NCBI RefSeq assembly: GCF_006345805.1
Contig: NC_043006.1
Coordinates: 94,240,001-94,304,000 of the forward strand
Source: Octopus sinensis
Taxonomy: Eukaryota
DNA length: 64,000 nt
Direction: 5' to 3'
A program made the translations under genes and the position numbers. The notes below the pieces were generated by a model that was given only the letters and a program-made list of their open reading frames with translations, searched no databases and was not told the origin of the DNA. Shown in pieces: positions 23,716 through 36,489 of the stretch (its first letter is position 1; each line of letters opens with the position of its first letter).

Positions 23716-24667
23716 CCTATGATAGGGGATTATTTGAGGGAGATTTGGCTGCAATTTCTAACCAGTTGATCTACATTATAAAGACTACCACGTTGTGTTT
23801 TTTTAACCTGCAGTCTATCAGATAATTTGGCTGTTGTCATAGTTGTGTAGTGATACGATCTAAGACGTTCCAGCCATGACCCTCGTCTGAAATGAGACGA
23901 TTGGGCGCAGCTGTTTCACCCTTGACAATATGAATAGATATTCAACCTGTTTTGGTGACAGTACTTTTTGGCACTGGAGGCAAACCAAACACGCGCGTAC
24001 GCATAAATACAAGCATACAGATAGAATGAGGGAGAAAGAGAAAAAGAAAGAGGGAAAGAGAAAGAGAGATTAGAATTTACTAATTGAACGCAATGGACAT
24101 AAACACTTCCCCCTCTCTTCATGCACGTAAGGAGAAATAGGCTCATACATAAAGAGAGAGGTAGACAGATAGAGAGAGAGAGAGAAACAGACAGACAGTC
24201 AGTCAGATAGACAGACAGAGGGGGAGATAGATAGGTAGTTAGATAGATAGACAGATAGACGGACGGACGGACGGACGGACAGACAGATAGGCAGGCAGAC
24301 AGATAGATAGGAAGATGGCGAGAGAGAAAGAGAGTGACATTAAAACGCCTGATGTCCAATAAAGCAGTGTTGAATTTTGGGGTCAGTAGCCCACGCTCTT
24401 AACCGCTACGCCGTATGCCCGTGGACAAATATCCGTCAAATGTAAATAATGCAAATAATGTACATAATTCCTCATCTCTCAAATATGGAACAGTGGGAAA
24501 ATTTGTTTGCTATTTCTAGGAAGCCGAGAGACCATATAGAAGCACTTTTATGTGGAGATGTTACATGATTTCGCTGTGTGGTGTAGCGAAGCGTAATACG
24601 GTGTTGTGTTGTCTACTGCAGTGGAGAGAACATTGGCGTGTAATGGCATTTCGGCTTCTTTCTTTAG

Positions 24668-24673
24668 ATCTTG
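24668..24673 (+). CDS. Candidate 6-nt microexon
   Basis: tttcggcttctttctttag|ATCTTG|gtaatt. Confidence 0.25.
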
Positions 24674-25230
24674 GTAATTATAATATAAACAGAGTGTACT
24701 TTACGCCGCATCCTAAACAATGTTTCCTCCCATTGTAGACCAGTTGAAACCAGATTAGAAACAGAGCAGAGCAAGGGAGATCAGATAAAAGCAGGCCAAA
24801 CCAGATATTCACAAGAATGAAAAAAGAAAAAACAAAATGACAAGTAAAAAAAAAACGCAATATAAATAATATAAAATAAAAAATAAAAAAGTCAAAACAC
24901 GTTCTTCCATGTGTGTTTCCGTTTTGTTTATCTCGCTTCTTTCCTTTCTGATATAAACCATATTCCTTACATCCTCATTGGTTTATCATGTGTGGGTTTC
25001 CAAAAAGTGAGAAAAGAAAATAGGTTCTTTATTTGCCATGAGGGCAACGAAGACAACTAGTGTAGAGTTATATCATTATTTATACAAGAAACTACAGTAT
25101 ATCAAATAAGAGGCGAGTATTCAGAGATATACTATACAAAAAAAAAAAAAATGAAATCTATGAATAAGCACGTTTACACAAACTTTACATCACGTACGTA
25201 CACACAAGCCAACAGACCCAACCACACACA

Positions 25231-25261
<31 letters not shown>

Positions 25262-25592
25262 CATCTCTGAATGTGTTTCTGAGGGATTTATTAAGTTATC
25301 CCTTAGCAGAGTTCAACCCGGTTGCCAACAAAGCGACAGATCACTTTTGTGTAAGTCAACTCTTGGTGTTTGTGGATTTGTGAATTAACTAACGTGAGCT
25401 TATATGTTGGTGGGTGTGCGTATGTGAATCGACTTGCATTCGTAGTGTATGCTGCATGTCACTTAAGTACAAAATTGTATGTGTGTGTATGACAAGTGTT
25501 AATCCGTAAAGAGAATCCTTAGAACGCTTTATACGTTTTCATGGAATCGAAATCAGTTTTGTTTGGAGGATGCGAATCAGTTTATTTATCCT

Positions 25593-26163
25593 GTTCTATA
25601 TTTAAGAGATGAGGAATTATGTACATTATTTACATTATTTATATTTTTTACATTTGACACGAGGAGATATTTATAAATCGGGTATAGCTGATCATGTATG
25701 GAAAAATGGAGACCACCTCCCCTTGTAGGATGAAGTTAAAATAATAGACAGAGAACACCACTGGAAAATACGAAAACTAAAAGAAGCCGCACATATGCTA
25801 GGACACAACAACCTCCTGAGCAGACCGAGTGCAGATATGAATAGCATATGGGAATCGGTATTAAGGAAGGATAGGAAAATAGCAGATTTATAAGCCCTAA
25901 AATTCACTCCATAATTGCCCGCGAGCATATGACGTAGTGGTTAAGAGTGCGGACTACTAACCCCAATATTCCGAGTTCGATTCCAAGCAGTGACCTGAAT
26001 AATAATAATAATAATAATAATAACATGGAAAAATACCTTGGGAATGAGAACCCAGGCTCGAAATTTCCCCCAAGACACCTGAAATGCTGTTTTAACAAGA
26101 TGAGGACAAACATCCGTCAAATATGAATAATGAACATAATTCCTCATTTCTTAAATATAGAAC
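25593..26163 (+). mobile_element. Penelope-like fragment (GIY-YIG C-terminus) between inverted termini, containing a short tRNA-SINE head
   Basis: Termini gttctatatttaagagatgaggaattatgtacatt and cataattcctcatttcttaaatatagaac. Internal translation KSGIADHVWKNGDHLPL*DEVKIIDREHHWKIRKLKEAAHM matches the PLE endonuclease tail. tRNA-like segment at 25923-25995. Confidence 0.7.
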
Positions 26164-26502
26164 GGTTGTGTTTCTCTAATTTTTTTTTTATTTAAAGAAT
26201 GTGTGAATGCAAACATTCTCTACAAAGCGGCGCGTTACTAGCATCGTTAGAATGTCGGTTTAAAATGCTTTGCGATATTCTTTCTGGTTCACTACGGACT
26301 CAGTTCATCATCGGGGGTCAGATGGGGAGTTGTTATGTAAAGAACTATTTCCGTCTTTTGATCGATTCTTCTCGAAAGCTAAGTTTGAAAATAAAGATTA
26401 CAAGGCACTCCTACCTATCTCGAATCCATTAGGAGTAAAGGGCCAAGAGAGGAAGTAGATATATAAAATGTGTGTATATTCATACATACATACATACATA
26501 CA

Positions 26503-27009
26503 TGATAGCTGCCCCCCTCCTTATCGAGTATGGTCATTGCACGAGGCTTAACTGTTAAAGGTGCTGCGATCGAATGTGACTTTTTAGCCCAGCTAAAGAT
26601 CTACAATGTCTTGTACAGAATTGGCAGCTAAAACCTTTACCGGCAATAGCCGGCTGTAGTTGTAACTGGGCTTCATGTACCTTTGCATGTCGTTTAGGTC
26701 CTCCTGCCGAATTACACTCTCTTCCACATGCCTGACACATATGATTAGTATGATTAGTATGGTGTGCAGCACCACCAGCAGCAGCCTGGTTGTCAATCAT
26801 TGGTCTCGTTTTATGACTACGAAGATGACTCTTGAATCCAGCTTTACTGAGGCATGTCAGCATGTCAGCATCATAGGAAGACCCTTACTATCTGGAAGTG
26901 CAACAGCGATGCCCTTTCTTACATCCCTCCTTACTTTTCTATGCGCAACTCGAGATTTCTCAGAAGTAGCTGTCCCCTCAAGCACAGTCCTTCTCCAACT
27001 ACCACGGTC
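26503..27009 (-). mobile_element. RTE/BovB-like LINE 3' end with C2H2 zinc-finger tail, within a (CATA)n array
   Basis: DRGSWRRTVLEG...KSRVAHRKVRRDVRK, then CQACGRECNSAGGPKRHAKVH and CQFCTRHCRSLAGLKSHIRSQH, typical of RTE C-termini. Confidence 0.8.
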
Positions 27010-27087
27010 AATACATACATACATACATACAGACATACATACATACATACATACATACATACATACATACATACAGACATACATACA

Positions 27088-27121
<34 letters not shown>

Positions 27122-27561
27122 CATACATACATACATACATACATAAACTTATGCATACCAGTACAGTATTATTTCACGGGATATGTTTGAGTATGGGATA
27201 AATTTAGCAACAAATTTTTATGTAACAGTATTTATTAAAAAATTTAATTTCTAAATTTCCACAATTTTTATGAAGATGTTTGATTCTGAGGGCTTTTAAA
27301 ATGCTTTTTACGCAATGAAACGAAATCATTTGTCTACAACAACGAAAATAGTCAGTAGGAGAAACAGTGACATGCGTCTTCGTCTTTCATATATAAAGAG
27401 ATGGCACGATTGCCACCAACACTGCATGTGATAATCAGCAAACGGAACAGCAAAAAGAACAAAACAAGAACCTAGCAAAAATATGTGATAGACTCTGATT
27501 CCTGTCAAAGGAAAGTAAATATATGCGTACGTCAACGTCTTGATATGAGTTTGCTAAACAG

Positions 27562-27596
27562 AAGAATTTGCGATGAGCTCCGATGTCGAGAGAGTG
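27562..27596 (+). CDS. Candidate 35-nt exon (xEFAMSSDVERV)
   Basis: gtttgctaaacag| ... GTG|gtaaag. Confidence 0.2.
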
Positions 27597-27916
27597 GTAA
27601 AGTGATGAAAGACCCGCCCCTCAAAATATGCTATGATTCACATGTTATTTCTGTTAAACGAAACCACTAATCAACGAACTGCATTCATTAACAACTGTTG
27701 TGATCCGCTTAATTAATACATGACTCATAGGACGGGATATTGACACAAACACATGCGGATACACGTAATGCATAAAGACAAGTATGCGTGTGACTGTGTT
27801 CATGTGGGTATAAGTGTGTGTAAATATCTAAACATCTGACTGTTTTCGTGGGTCAAACATATCTGTCGACGCTCCTAACTTTCTTTCTCTAATCTACAAA
27901 CAATACTATCCATCCT

Positions 27917-27983
<67 letters not shown>

Positions 27984-28133
27984 GTATGTCTGTCTGTCTA
28001 TCTATCTACTCATCTATCATATGTATACGTGTATGTGTGTGTGTGTGTGTGTGTTTTCAATATGTGACCGCGTGTGTATCGTTGGCGATTTTCTTTCTCT
28101 GTCTTCCCTTCTTTGGATCTTTCCTTTTCCTAT

Positions 28134-28170
28134 GTTTCTGACGAAGAGCCCCGCTCGAAACGTGAAATCC
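28134..28170 (+). ncRNA. Minimal type-I hammerhead-like motif in a Penelope-type repeat (cleavage triplet degenerate)
   Basis: GTTT-CTGACGA-A-GAGC(CCC)GCTC-GAAAC-GTG-AAAT: intact CUGANGA and GAAA and a 4-bp stem II, but GUG instead of GUH. Confidence 0.55.
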
Positions 28171-28259
28171 TCTTTCCTTTCATGGTTCTACGTCCTCGCA
28201 TTGTTGTTTTTTCTTGCTTCTTCTTGTTTGGATTGACTATATATATATATATAATATAT

Positions 28260-28330
<71 letters not shown>

Positions 28331-28646
28331 GTATGTGTGTGTGTGTGTGTGTGTACCCATATTTTTTCCTATTTATGTATTCATATACATAAGCATATAA
28401 ATACACATTCCTATCAGCATGTCTATCTATATATCTATTTTATCTGATACGTGGCAGCTGTCAGCGAAAGATAGATTTCATTTACACCCCATCTTATCTC
28501 TGGAGACAACATTCCTTCTTTGATAATTGACGGTATCTTTCGAAAGTATAACAGGACGTGGCGATAAAGGTGCAATCCACATATGGATATGGGGGAGAGG
28601 AATGGCCTAAGAGAATGACATCGAGTGGAGGAAAGAGGGGGATAAA

Positions 28647-28685
<39 letters not shown>

Positions 28686-28797
28686 GTAGAATTTTTTGAG
28701 TAAACTACAGAGATAGAGAAAAGGGGGGGGGGTGAGGAAAGTGACTTTTAGATGAGAGTAACTATAGCTAAGTGGTGTATGCATGATACGGATGAGA

Positions 28798-28871
<74 letters not shown>

Positions 28872-29284
28872 TAATAATAATAATAATGATAATAATAATA
28901 ATAATGATAATAATAATAATGCTGACGATGACAATGATGATGATTATTTTATCTGCCTGAGGGGTATCACGTGAGGAGTGTGTTACAAAGTCAGCTTCCA
29001 CTTTGTGCGAGGGTTTACATAAAAGGACAGGCGGGGGTGAGGGGTGGAACGAAAAACAACAACGACAACAACAGCAACTGTTGCAGTAAAGCAACGAAAA
29101 CAATGGCAATAGCTACAGCAACAATAATGGTTTTAATTTTTAGCCCAAGGCCAGCAATTTCGGGGGCAGTGGGAGGGGATAAGTCGATTACATCGATCCC
29201 AGTGCTCAGCTGGTTTTCATATATATCGACCCCGATAGGATGGAACGGAAAGTCGACCTCGGTGGAATTTGAAATCTGCTCAAT

Positions 29285-29640
29285 ACCACAAATTTGTATG
29301 TCACGTGTTTGACCGTAACCAGTTGAGTATGTCCCTTGGTGGTTGACGATATGTGCACTCTGATCACGAGCAGAAGTAGTGGGGGAGCATCATAGCCATA
29401 TGCTGAGAGGGATTCTTGGAGGTTTGAGCAATTCACTCTTGGAAACAGGTGTTTCGTTCAACATCCTTAAATAACCCTTATTCAAACACCTCAACCTGAA
29501 AAAAATTCAGGGCCCCACCTGCAAGGTCATGCGCTGTTTATCTTGATATAAGACCATCATGTCACGCACATACGGTTGTGATGCATGTGCCTGGTGTACC
29601 CTATCAGATCGTATATTTTACCCCAGTGTCACTTCGATGG
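29285..29640 (-). mobile_element. Copy of the (ATT)n-associated non-autonomous repeat (same family as 45530-46025)
   Basis: Reverse-complement match to 45590-45980. Confidence 0.75.
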
Positions 29641-30060
29641 CATAATAATGTACGGATATAGGTTGACTGAATTATTGACTGTATCTGGCTGTGATTCAAA
29701 AAACGGTATGTCAAATACATGTTCGAACATGAACATGCGCACGAATTCACAAAGAAACACAGGCAGACAAACAGAGAAAGAGACAGACAAACCGACACAC
29801 ACAAACACTCGCGCGCGTGTACACACACACACACACACACACACACTCAAGAGTTCAGAATAAGAGACACCTCCAGCATTGGCGTACAGGTGTCTCACAT
29901 TATGCTTAATAATAACTCGAATGAGCTTGTAAGCAGTCGCTTGACCTGCCAGGAAGAGAAAACAAATCTCAGGAATGTCTTCGTAAAATAGGAAGGACGC
30001 ATCGGATAATGTAGTCCTAGATACATTATGGAAAAAATTATGAGACATGCACATAATTTA

Positions 30061-30448
30061 GGCGCAGGAGTGGCTGTGTGGTAAGTAGCTTGCCTACCAA
30101 CCACATGGTCCCGGGTTCAGTCCCACTGCGTGGCACCTTGGGCAAGTGTCTTCTACTATAGCCTCGGGCCGACCAATGCCTTGTGAGTGGATTTGGTAGA
30201 CGGAAACTGAAAAAAGCCCGTCGTATATATGTTTATATATGCGTGTGTGTGTTTGTCCCCCTAGCATTGCTTGACAACCGATGCTGGTGTGTTTATGTCC
30301 CCGTTACTTAGCGGTTCGGCAAAAGAGACCGATAGAATAAATACTGGGCTTACAAAAGAATAAGTCCCGGGGTCGAGTTGCTCGATTAAAGGCGGTGCTC
30401 CAGCATGGCCGCAGTCAAATGACTGAAACAAGTAAAAGAGTAAAAGAG
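30061..30448 (+). mobile_element. SINE family A, full-length
   Basis: Near-identical to 2290-2715 and to the reverse complement of 61655-62066. Confidence 0.9.
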
Positions 30449-30559
30449 CACATAGCTGGAACGCTTTTGATGATAGAATTATATGACTTGGCTTCATTCG
30501 AAATGAAACCACGAGAAGGGAGTTGATACGAAATCTCTGAACTTCATGGCAAATCTTGA

Positions 30560-30745
30560 AAAATACATCGGAGTAACATGATCTTGATTCACATTGCATC
30601 CACCAAGCATTCCGTTCTCGCTCACGGTTTGATTTATCTCCTGTTGATATCGATTTACGAGTATTCAAAGAGGATGTCAGCCGTACTATCACCAGCCTTT
30701 CTGACCGGCAAAAATGTGAGAAAGTAGTGGATTCCTTGTGACAGG
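30560..30745 (+). pseudogene. Possible highly decayed Tc1/mariner transposase C-terminus
   Basis: FRSRSRFDLSPVDIDLRVFKEDVSRTITSL loosely fits the WP.RSPDL.P.D..LW..LK..V motif; no TIRs found. Confidence 0.25.
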
Positions 30746-31967
30746 TGTATATAGATATAAATGTATAATTATTTCGCCTTGCTCATGTAGTCTACATTTT
30801 ATTTTATGCGACTTAACAACGTTTGAAATGTCATGAAATGGCACGTAGCCACATCAAAAGTGGAGATAGTTTTACCACCATTTTATGAGCAAAGCATTAG
30901 AAGATTACGAATTCAAACGCATAAGTACAATATCCACACAAATAAAGAATATGGTTTGGTGATCAGGGTGTTGCACTTGTGATCGTAAGAGTGTGATTTC
31001 GATTCCCAGATCGGACTGTGTGTTGTGTTCTTGAGCAAGACACTTTATTTCACGTTGGTCCAGTTCACGTGGCTGGAAAAAATGAGTAATCCTGCAACGG
31101 ACAGGCATCTCATCCAGGTGGGGGTTATATATACTCTAAAGAATCCGGGAAACCGGATTTATGAGCCTATCACTCGGGAAACACTTGTGATTCTATTTAA
31201 TATACATGTGAGGTGTGTCACCGACAGAACATCTTTCTACACAGTTACTTGACGTGTTACAACTAACAGCTAAATCTACCTCGAATCACACTTACTTAAA
31301 GAGCACCCAAAACATTTCACATAACTAATACTTATTTTAACTATAAAAATTTGTTCATTGATCCATTTTGTTAGGAATTAAATATCTTGTCACGTATCCT
31401 CAGCCACGTGACTAATTGCTCTCAAAAATATCGGATCTCAAATATGGTTCGTAGTGAAATATTTCCTAAAAATCGATCAGATTTGGTTTAATTCCCCGCA
31501 CACCTCTCGACGATTAACTTAATTACTGAAGCATCGCAACACAAAGGAAATCTCTGTGACACTGTCTTAGGAAACAAAAACAAAGACAAATCCCGTTCGG
31601 CGATGCAGTCTTGAGTTTCTTCCACCACACATGAAAGACAGGATAGTCATGACTGGAAAGCCTTTGATCATAGGTTTGCTTGATTAAGGCCCACTTGGAG
31701 CTAAACAAGTAGAACAACAACAATAAAGGGAGAAGAAGGAAAATAAATGATTAGTTTACAAGACTTGAACCCAAGATTTTTTTCTTTGACGATCGGAAAC
31801 CCAAAGAATGTTTTTACATGAAGTGAAACTCTTTGTAAAAACGACAATTTAAGTAGTGATATATCACGTGACATTCTTCTCTATCCTATATCACGTGATC
31901 GTGATCGTCCAAACTATCCGAAGTTGTTATACATCGCTAGTCATAATGAGGTTTGCATTACTTTTAG

Positions 31968-31992
31968 CTTTGGTGTGGTGCCATCCCATTGG
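31968..31992 (+). CDS. Candidate 25-nt microexon (LWCGAIPL)
   Basis: gtttgcattacttttag|CTTTGGTGTGGTGCCATCCCATTGG|gtaagc; a TGC motif lies just upstream of the acceptor. Confidence 0.3.
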
Positions 31993-33068
31993 GTAAGCGA
32001 GTAGGCTAACATTGGCTCCGATTGGAAGGTTAGTCTGTCGCAAGGTTGCCTATTGACAGCTGAGTAGACTGGGGCATATGTTTTTCTCTAGAACATAGCG
32101 CACAACCGGTCTGGGAATTGAAAGCACAATCTCCCGATCGTGAATGCCACAAGCCTAACCACTGGTCCACGCACCTTCACATATGTCCTATATATGTTTG
32201 TCAAAATGTTTTGATCTGGAAAAACATTTTTGTTGACCACATTAATTTTTCTATGTTCAAATGTAATAATGCCGACACAATTTATGGCAACGGCGAAGAA
32301 AGAAAATATAAAAAATACAGAAAAACAAAAACGAAAACAAATACCGTGACCTTGTATGTGCACCACGAGATCTTTGTCGATTTTCACGGCTCTGTATGTC
32401 CACCATAAAATGGTTGGCAACGATATCAACGCTGAATATACACCATAAAAATGATTACTTGTACTTTAAAGTCCATATATCGGTTGAATTTTATAGCAGC
32501 GACACAACTTTATAAGAATTATACGAGCAAGGCCTCTTATAGCCACGGTTCAGTTAATAGCTGCGGTCTCGACCCCGTTAGATACTCCATAGAATCATAA
32601 TTTGAATGGAAAAATACAAACGAACAAATGTATTATATAAATGCTCTGTTTTCATGTCTTATTATTTGTATTCATCGGATGTGGTGTAAATCGGTTTGCT
32701 CGAGACTTCGAATAAAACTTTTGTTGGTTTTCATCGTGTGTTGGAATTTATGTGCGAAAACAGACGTTCAATAAAAAAAACAATATTGTTTTAGAGTTAT
32801 TTTTAGTAATAATCGTTGCATATGCTTAATGACAGAGATGACATTTCTGAAACATAAAACCATATTTGTATCATGTGACATTTGCCATAAACGGTCGTGA
32901 ATAACAGCAAACATTGCCTAAGAGTGCAGCATATATATAATACATTCGTTAACCCTTTAGAGACGAATATGAATCTGCATAACAAAGGAGACAGACTCAT
33001 TTTTACGATACAAAACTATGAACGCTACTGTTTAATATCCCCTAAAATGATTTTCTGCTACTTCAATA

Positions 33069-33114
<46 letters not shown>

Positions 33115-33139
33115 GTAATAATGATAATAATATGACAGG

Positions 33140-33398
33140 TTAGCTTGATAGGTGAAGCAGTTTTGGTCGATGAAAAAGGTGGTGGTAGTATCAATAATTG
33201 TCGGAGTCCTGGGAACAGTAAATAAAAATTTCGGTAAGTACGTGGAACAAGGGTGGAGCACTTGTAGAAAACAGCACTGCTTGGAACAGCTCGAATACTT
33301 CGGATGGTGCTCGAAAAATAAGAGGTGTTACCTAAGTTCACTGGTAGTGAACAGCTGACACTGTTTTACATCTCCAGCGTCAGAAGCTGTGCAAAGGC

Positions 33399-33400
<2 letters not shown>
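33140..33400 (+). mobile_element. 3' end of an R4/Dong-like (restriction-like endonuclease) non-LTR element with (TAA)n tail
   Basis: VVVVSIIVGVLGTVNKNFGKY, then KTALLGTARILRMVLEK* in a shifted frame, followed by (AAT)n. Confidence 0.75.
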
Positions 33401-33460
<60 letters not shown>

Positions 33461-34089
33461 TAATGATGATGATATGTTATCATGTACATTGTTTTGTTTT
33501 GGTATAAATATTCTGCTCAATACAACAGATTGGCTTGTCAGTTGTTTGACCTTAACCAGTTGAGCATGTCCCTTAGTGGTTGACGATATGTGCATCTCGG
33601 ATACTTCTAATGCTGGGCACGTAAGGGACTCGCGATATCCTCATCAATGCAGTTTAGTGATGGTTATGCAGTGGCTTAACACCAGCTTCTTTGAATATAT
33701 CTTCTGGATCACCATGTTGTCGTACGGTATATAAAATACCTCGCTGATCCTGGTGGGGAGGTCATCTAAGATCGAATTATGCTAAACAGGTAGAAGGAAA
33801 GGGCTGGGGAAATCAGCAAGTTATCTAAATTTAGCGTCTGGACGAGGACGTCATTCCTATTCCCAGACCCACATTTCCAAATAATCAAAGAAAAGGGACA
33901 AAGGTGTGAGGGAAATACAAAACAAACAGCAAAAGTAAAATAAAATCAAAACTTACCCCTAAATTTGGAAATAAAAATAACTTCTGTACTCACCTGAAAA
34001 GAGAAGACAAAATACAAAGATATTAAAATCTCTTATTCACGTGGTAGAAATGTAAATAAACGAATATTTCTTATGATAATACAATATAA

Positions 34090-34640
34090 GGCGGGGAGGG
34101 GGCAGAATGGTTAGCACGTCGGGCAAAAGGCTCAGGGCCGTTTTCTCTATCTTTACCTTCTGAGTTCAAATTCCACCGAGGTCGACTTTGCCGTTTATCC
34201 TTTTCGGGGTCGATAATATAATCTACCAGTCGAGTACTGAAGTCGATATAATCGACTTAATCCCTCCCTCGAAATTGCTGGCCTTGCGTATTGGCAGAGT
34301 CGTTAGTGCGTTGAACAAAATATTTAGCGATATTTCTTCGGACTCTTTACGTTTCAAGTTCAAACCCCACTGAGTTCAGTTTTACCTTTCATCCCAACGG
34401 GGTCGATAGGATAAAGTACCAGTCAAATACAGGTGTAATCGACGTATCCTAAAAATTACTGGCTTTGGGTCCTGCGCCAAACCAGCGACCCGTGCAGGGA
34501 GAATATCATCTCGATCATTTCTTTGCCAGGGAAACTGACTTACTGGCCTTAGGAGGGCCAAGACTCAAGGAAAAAAAATGTCAGGGATTACATCGACCCC
34601 AGTGCTCAGTTGGTACTTGTTTTCTCAAACAGGAAAGCAT
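34090..34640. mobile_element. Two family-B SINEs (+) followed by an inverted partial copy (-)
   Basis: B boxes at about 34163 and 34357; reverse-complement centre at about 34585-34620. Confidence 0.7.
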
Positions 34641-35489
34641 AAAAGTCCATCTCGTTATTACATCAAAGTCAATTACGTTCGTTTCAACACCAGATCGAAT
34701 ATATATATATACACATATAAGGTTCTAGAAAGATATGGCAGCCCTTTCTCCCTCTACATAGAAAACAACTGGAAGAGATACCTAGATCACTGTTTCATTC
34801 TTTGACATGAAAATATAAACTGAAAGAATTCCAAGCAATTTTAAATGGACTGGACGTAAACATCCAATTCACGATGGAATATAGCCAGCAACAACTTCCT
34901 TCCTCGACATCCTCATTAAGAAATCTAATAATGTAATAGAAACAGATATATACTAAAAGCCTACGGATTCTAAGCAATATCTTCATTTCAATTCATACCA
35001 CCCCAGACATACCAGAATGAATATCCCCTTCAATCTAGCAAAAAGGATATGTACTATAGTTTCTAATGCAAACATCAGAGACACACGACTACGTGAACTA
35101 AAAGATATCCTCATCACCAGGAACTACCCACCTTCACTAATTGACATATGCATTCAACGTGCCTTTCAACTCAAAAGAAAAATTCACGACTAAAAGCCTT
35201 GCCATACATCTCCACACACAACCCTCTCAACAATGAAGCCTTCGACACCATCCTGCAAAACATACCCCTGCTACAAAAAGACCACAGGATGAACTTAATC
35301 CTCCAAACACACACGATCATAAAAAGCAAGAGACAGCCCAAATCCATGAAAAGTCTCCTAACACAAGCCCGAATACGCTCATAAACACAGAATCCGACAG
35401 TAAAAAAATGTGGAACACCCAATTGTGGGATATGCAATTATCTAATTGAGGGATCAGAGTTCTCCTTCAAACAGGGACAACGGTTCACA

Positions 35490-35837
35490 GTGAAAAGCAA
35501 TTTCACATGTGCTTCGGAGAACCTGATATACACACTAACCTGCTCTGGGTGTCAAGAGCAATACATAGGTCAAACGAAAAATAGTTTACGTAAAAGAATG
35601 GCCCTGCACAGATCCCAGATAAAAATTCCCCAAAACAGAAAAATAGCATTCAGCCAACACATAGATGTTTGCGCCAACAACAAAACTCCAAGCTTCAGGA
35701 TTTTCCCCCTCTACCAATTCAGGGACGATACAACCTCGAGCCAACGAATAAGTAAAGAAACTCTCTTTATTACAAAATACAGGCCCCTTCTGAACGCATC
35801 TACGACAAACGATATATCCACCCCAGCTTTAGAATAA
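35490..35837 (+). pseudogene. GIY-YIG endonuclease domain of the Penelope-like element
   Basis: NLIYTLTCSGCQEQYIGQTKNSLRKRMALH...SQH...RISKETLFITKYRPLLN. Confidence 0.85.
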
Positions 35838-36398
35838 CACAAATACACACGCAAATATTACATTCCTAAGAATCCATTAAAAACCAGCCCCAATCACATC
35901 TATAACCCACAACGTGCCAACTTTAAGTCATCCAACATCCCACTACTTCCACGCATTCATATTCTCCCTTCTTCTTCTTCTTCTTCTTCTTCTTCTTCTA
36001 CTTCCTTCTCCTTCCCAACTTTATCACTAATGCTTTTTAGTATAACACCTACGCAAATTCTATAAACAAACCTTTCAATAGAAATATTTTCATGAATTGA
36101 ACAGCAGGAACTTTTAGCCACCACAGACCAACGACAATCAAGGCAATCCCAAATTCTTCCTCCCCTTCTCCCTCCTCCTCCTCCTTCTTCTTCTTCTTCT
36201 TCTTCTTCGTCTTCTTCTTCTTCTTCTTCTTCTTCTTCCCTACCAAGAATTCACATGGACCTTGAACCCACAAGTGTAAACAAGAGAGACAGAGAAAGGC
36301 AGAAACAAGGAAAATGCCACTTATATTTGAACACTATACAAATATTCTTTTAAAACACTTTTCTTTTAATTTTGCTAAATTTAATTATTTAATAGTTA

Positions 36399-36435
36399 CA
36401 GTTGAAAAGGTCTCAAATGACCGAAACCGGTACTG
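36399..36435 (+). ncRNA. Degenerate minimal hammerhead at the 3' end of the Penelope element
   Basis: CAG-TTGAAAA-GGTC(TCAAAT)GACC-GAAAC-CG-GTA-CTG: stems I and II, GAAA, palindromic ACCGGT stem III and a GUA site are intact; CUGANGA is mutated. Confidence 0.6.
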
Positions 36436-36489
36436 AAATGTTCTTTATAAAATTATTTTAGCATTTTCTATCTTGACTTGCTTTTTCAT

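Larger units (their letters stand above)
34712..36488 (+). mobile_element. 5'-truncated Penelope-like retroelement (RT C-half + GIY-YIG + 3' pLTR region with hammerhead-like motif)
   Basis: WKRYLDH (decayed YxDD), NIQFTME..QQLPFLDILI, KPTDSKQYLHFNSYHPRHT..NIPFNLAKRI, C..CGIC linker, then LIYTLTCSGCQEQYIGQT; frameshifted; sits in (TA)n. Confidence 0.9.

Noticed and set aside
25923-25995. tRNA-like sequences here and at SINE heads
   Set aside because: A and B boxes are present but I cannot fold a complete cloverleaf; they are followed by SINE bodies or (TAA)n tails.
26555-26863. C2H2 zinc-finger gene
   Set aside because: Contiguous with an RTE ORF C-terminus and 3' tail, so it is part of the LINE rather than a host C2H2 gene.
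29864-29896. 9-bp hairpin gagacacct/aggtgtctc
   Set aside because: Too short for a pre-miRNA and expected by chance.
33640-33775. Minus-strand open frame DLPTRISEVFYIPYDNMVIQKIYSKK
   Set aside because: Cannot distinguish a decayed RT remnant from an exon or chance; no supporting motifs.
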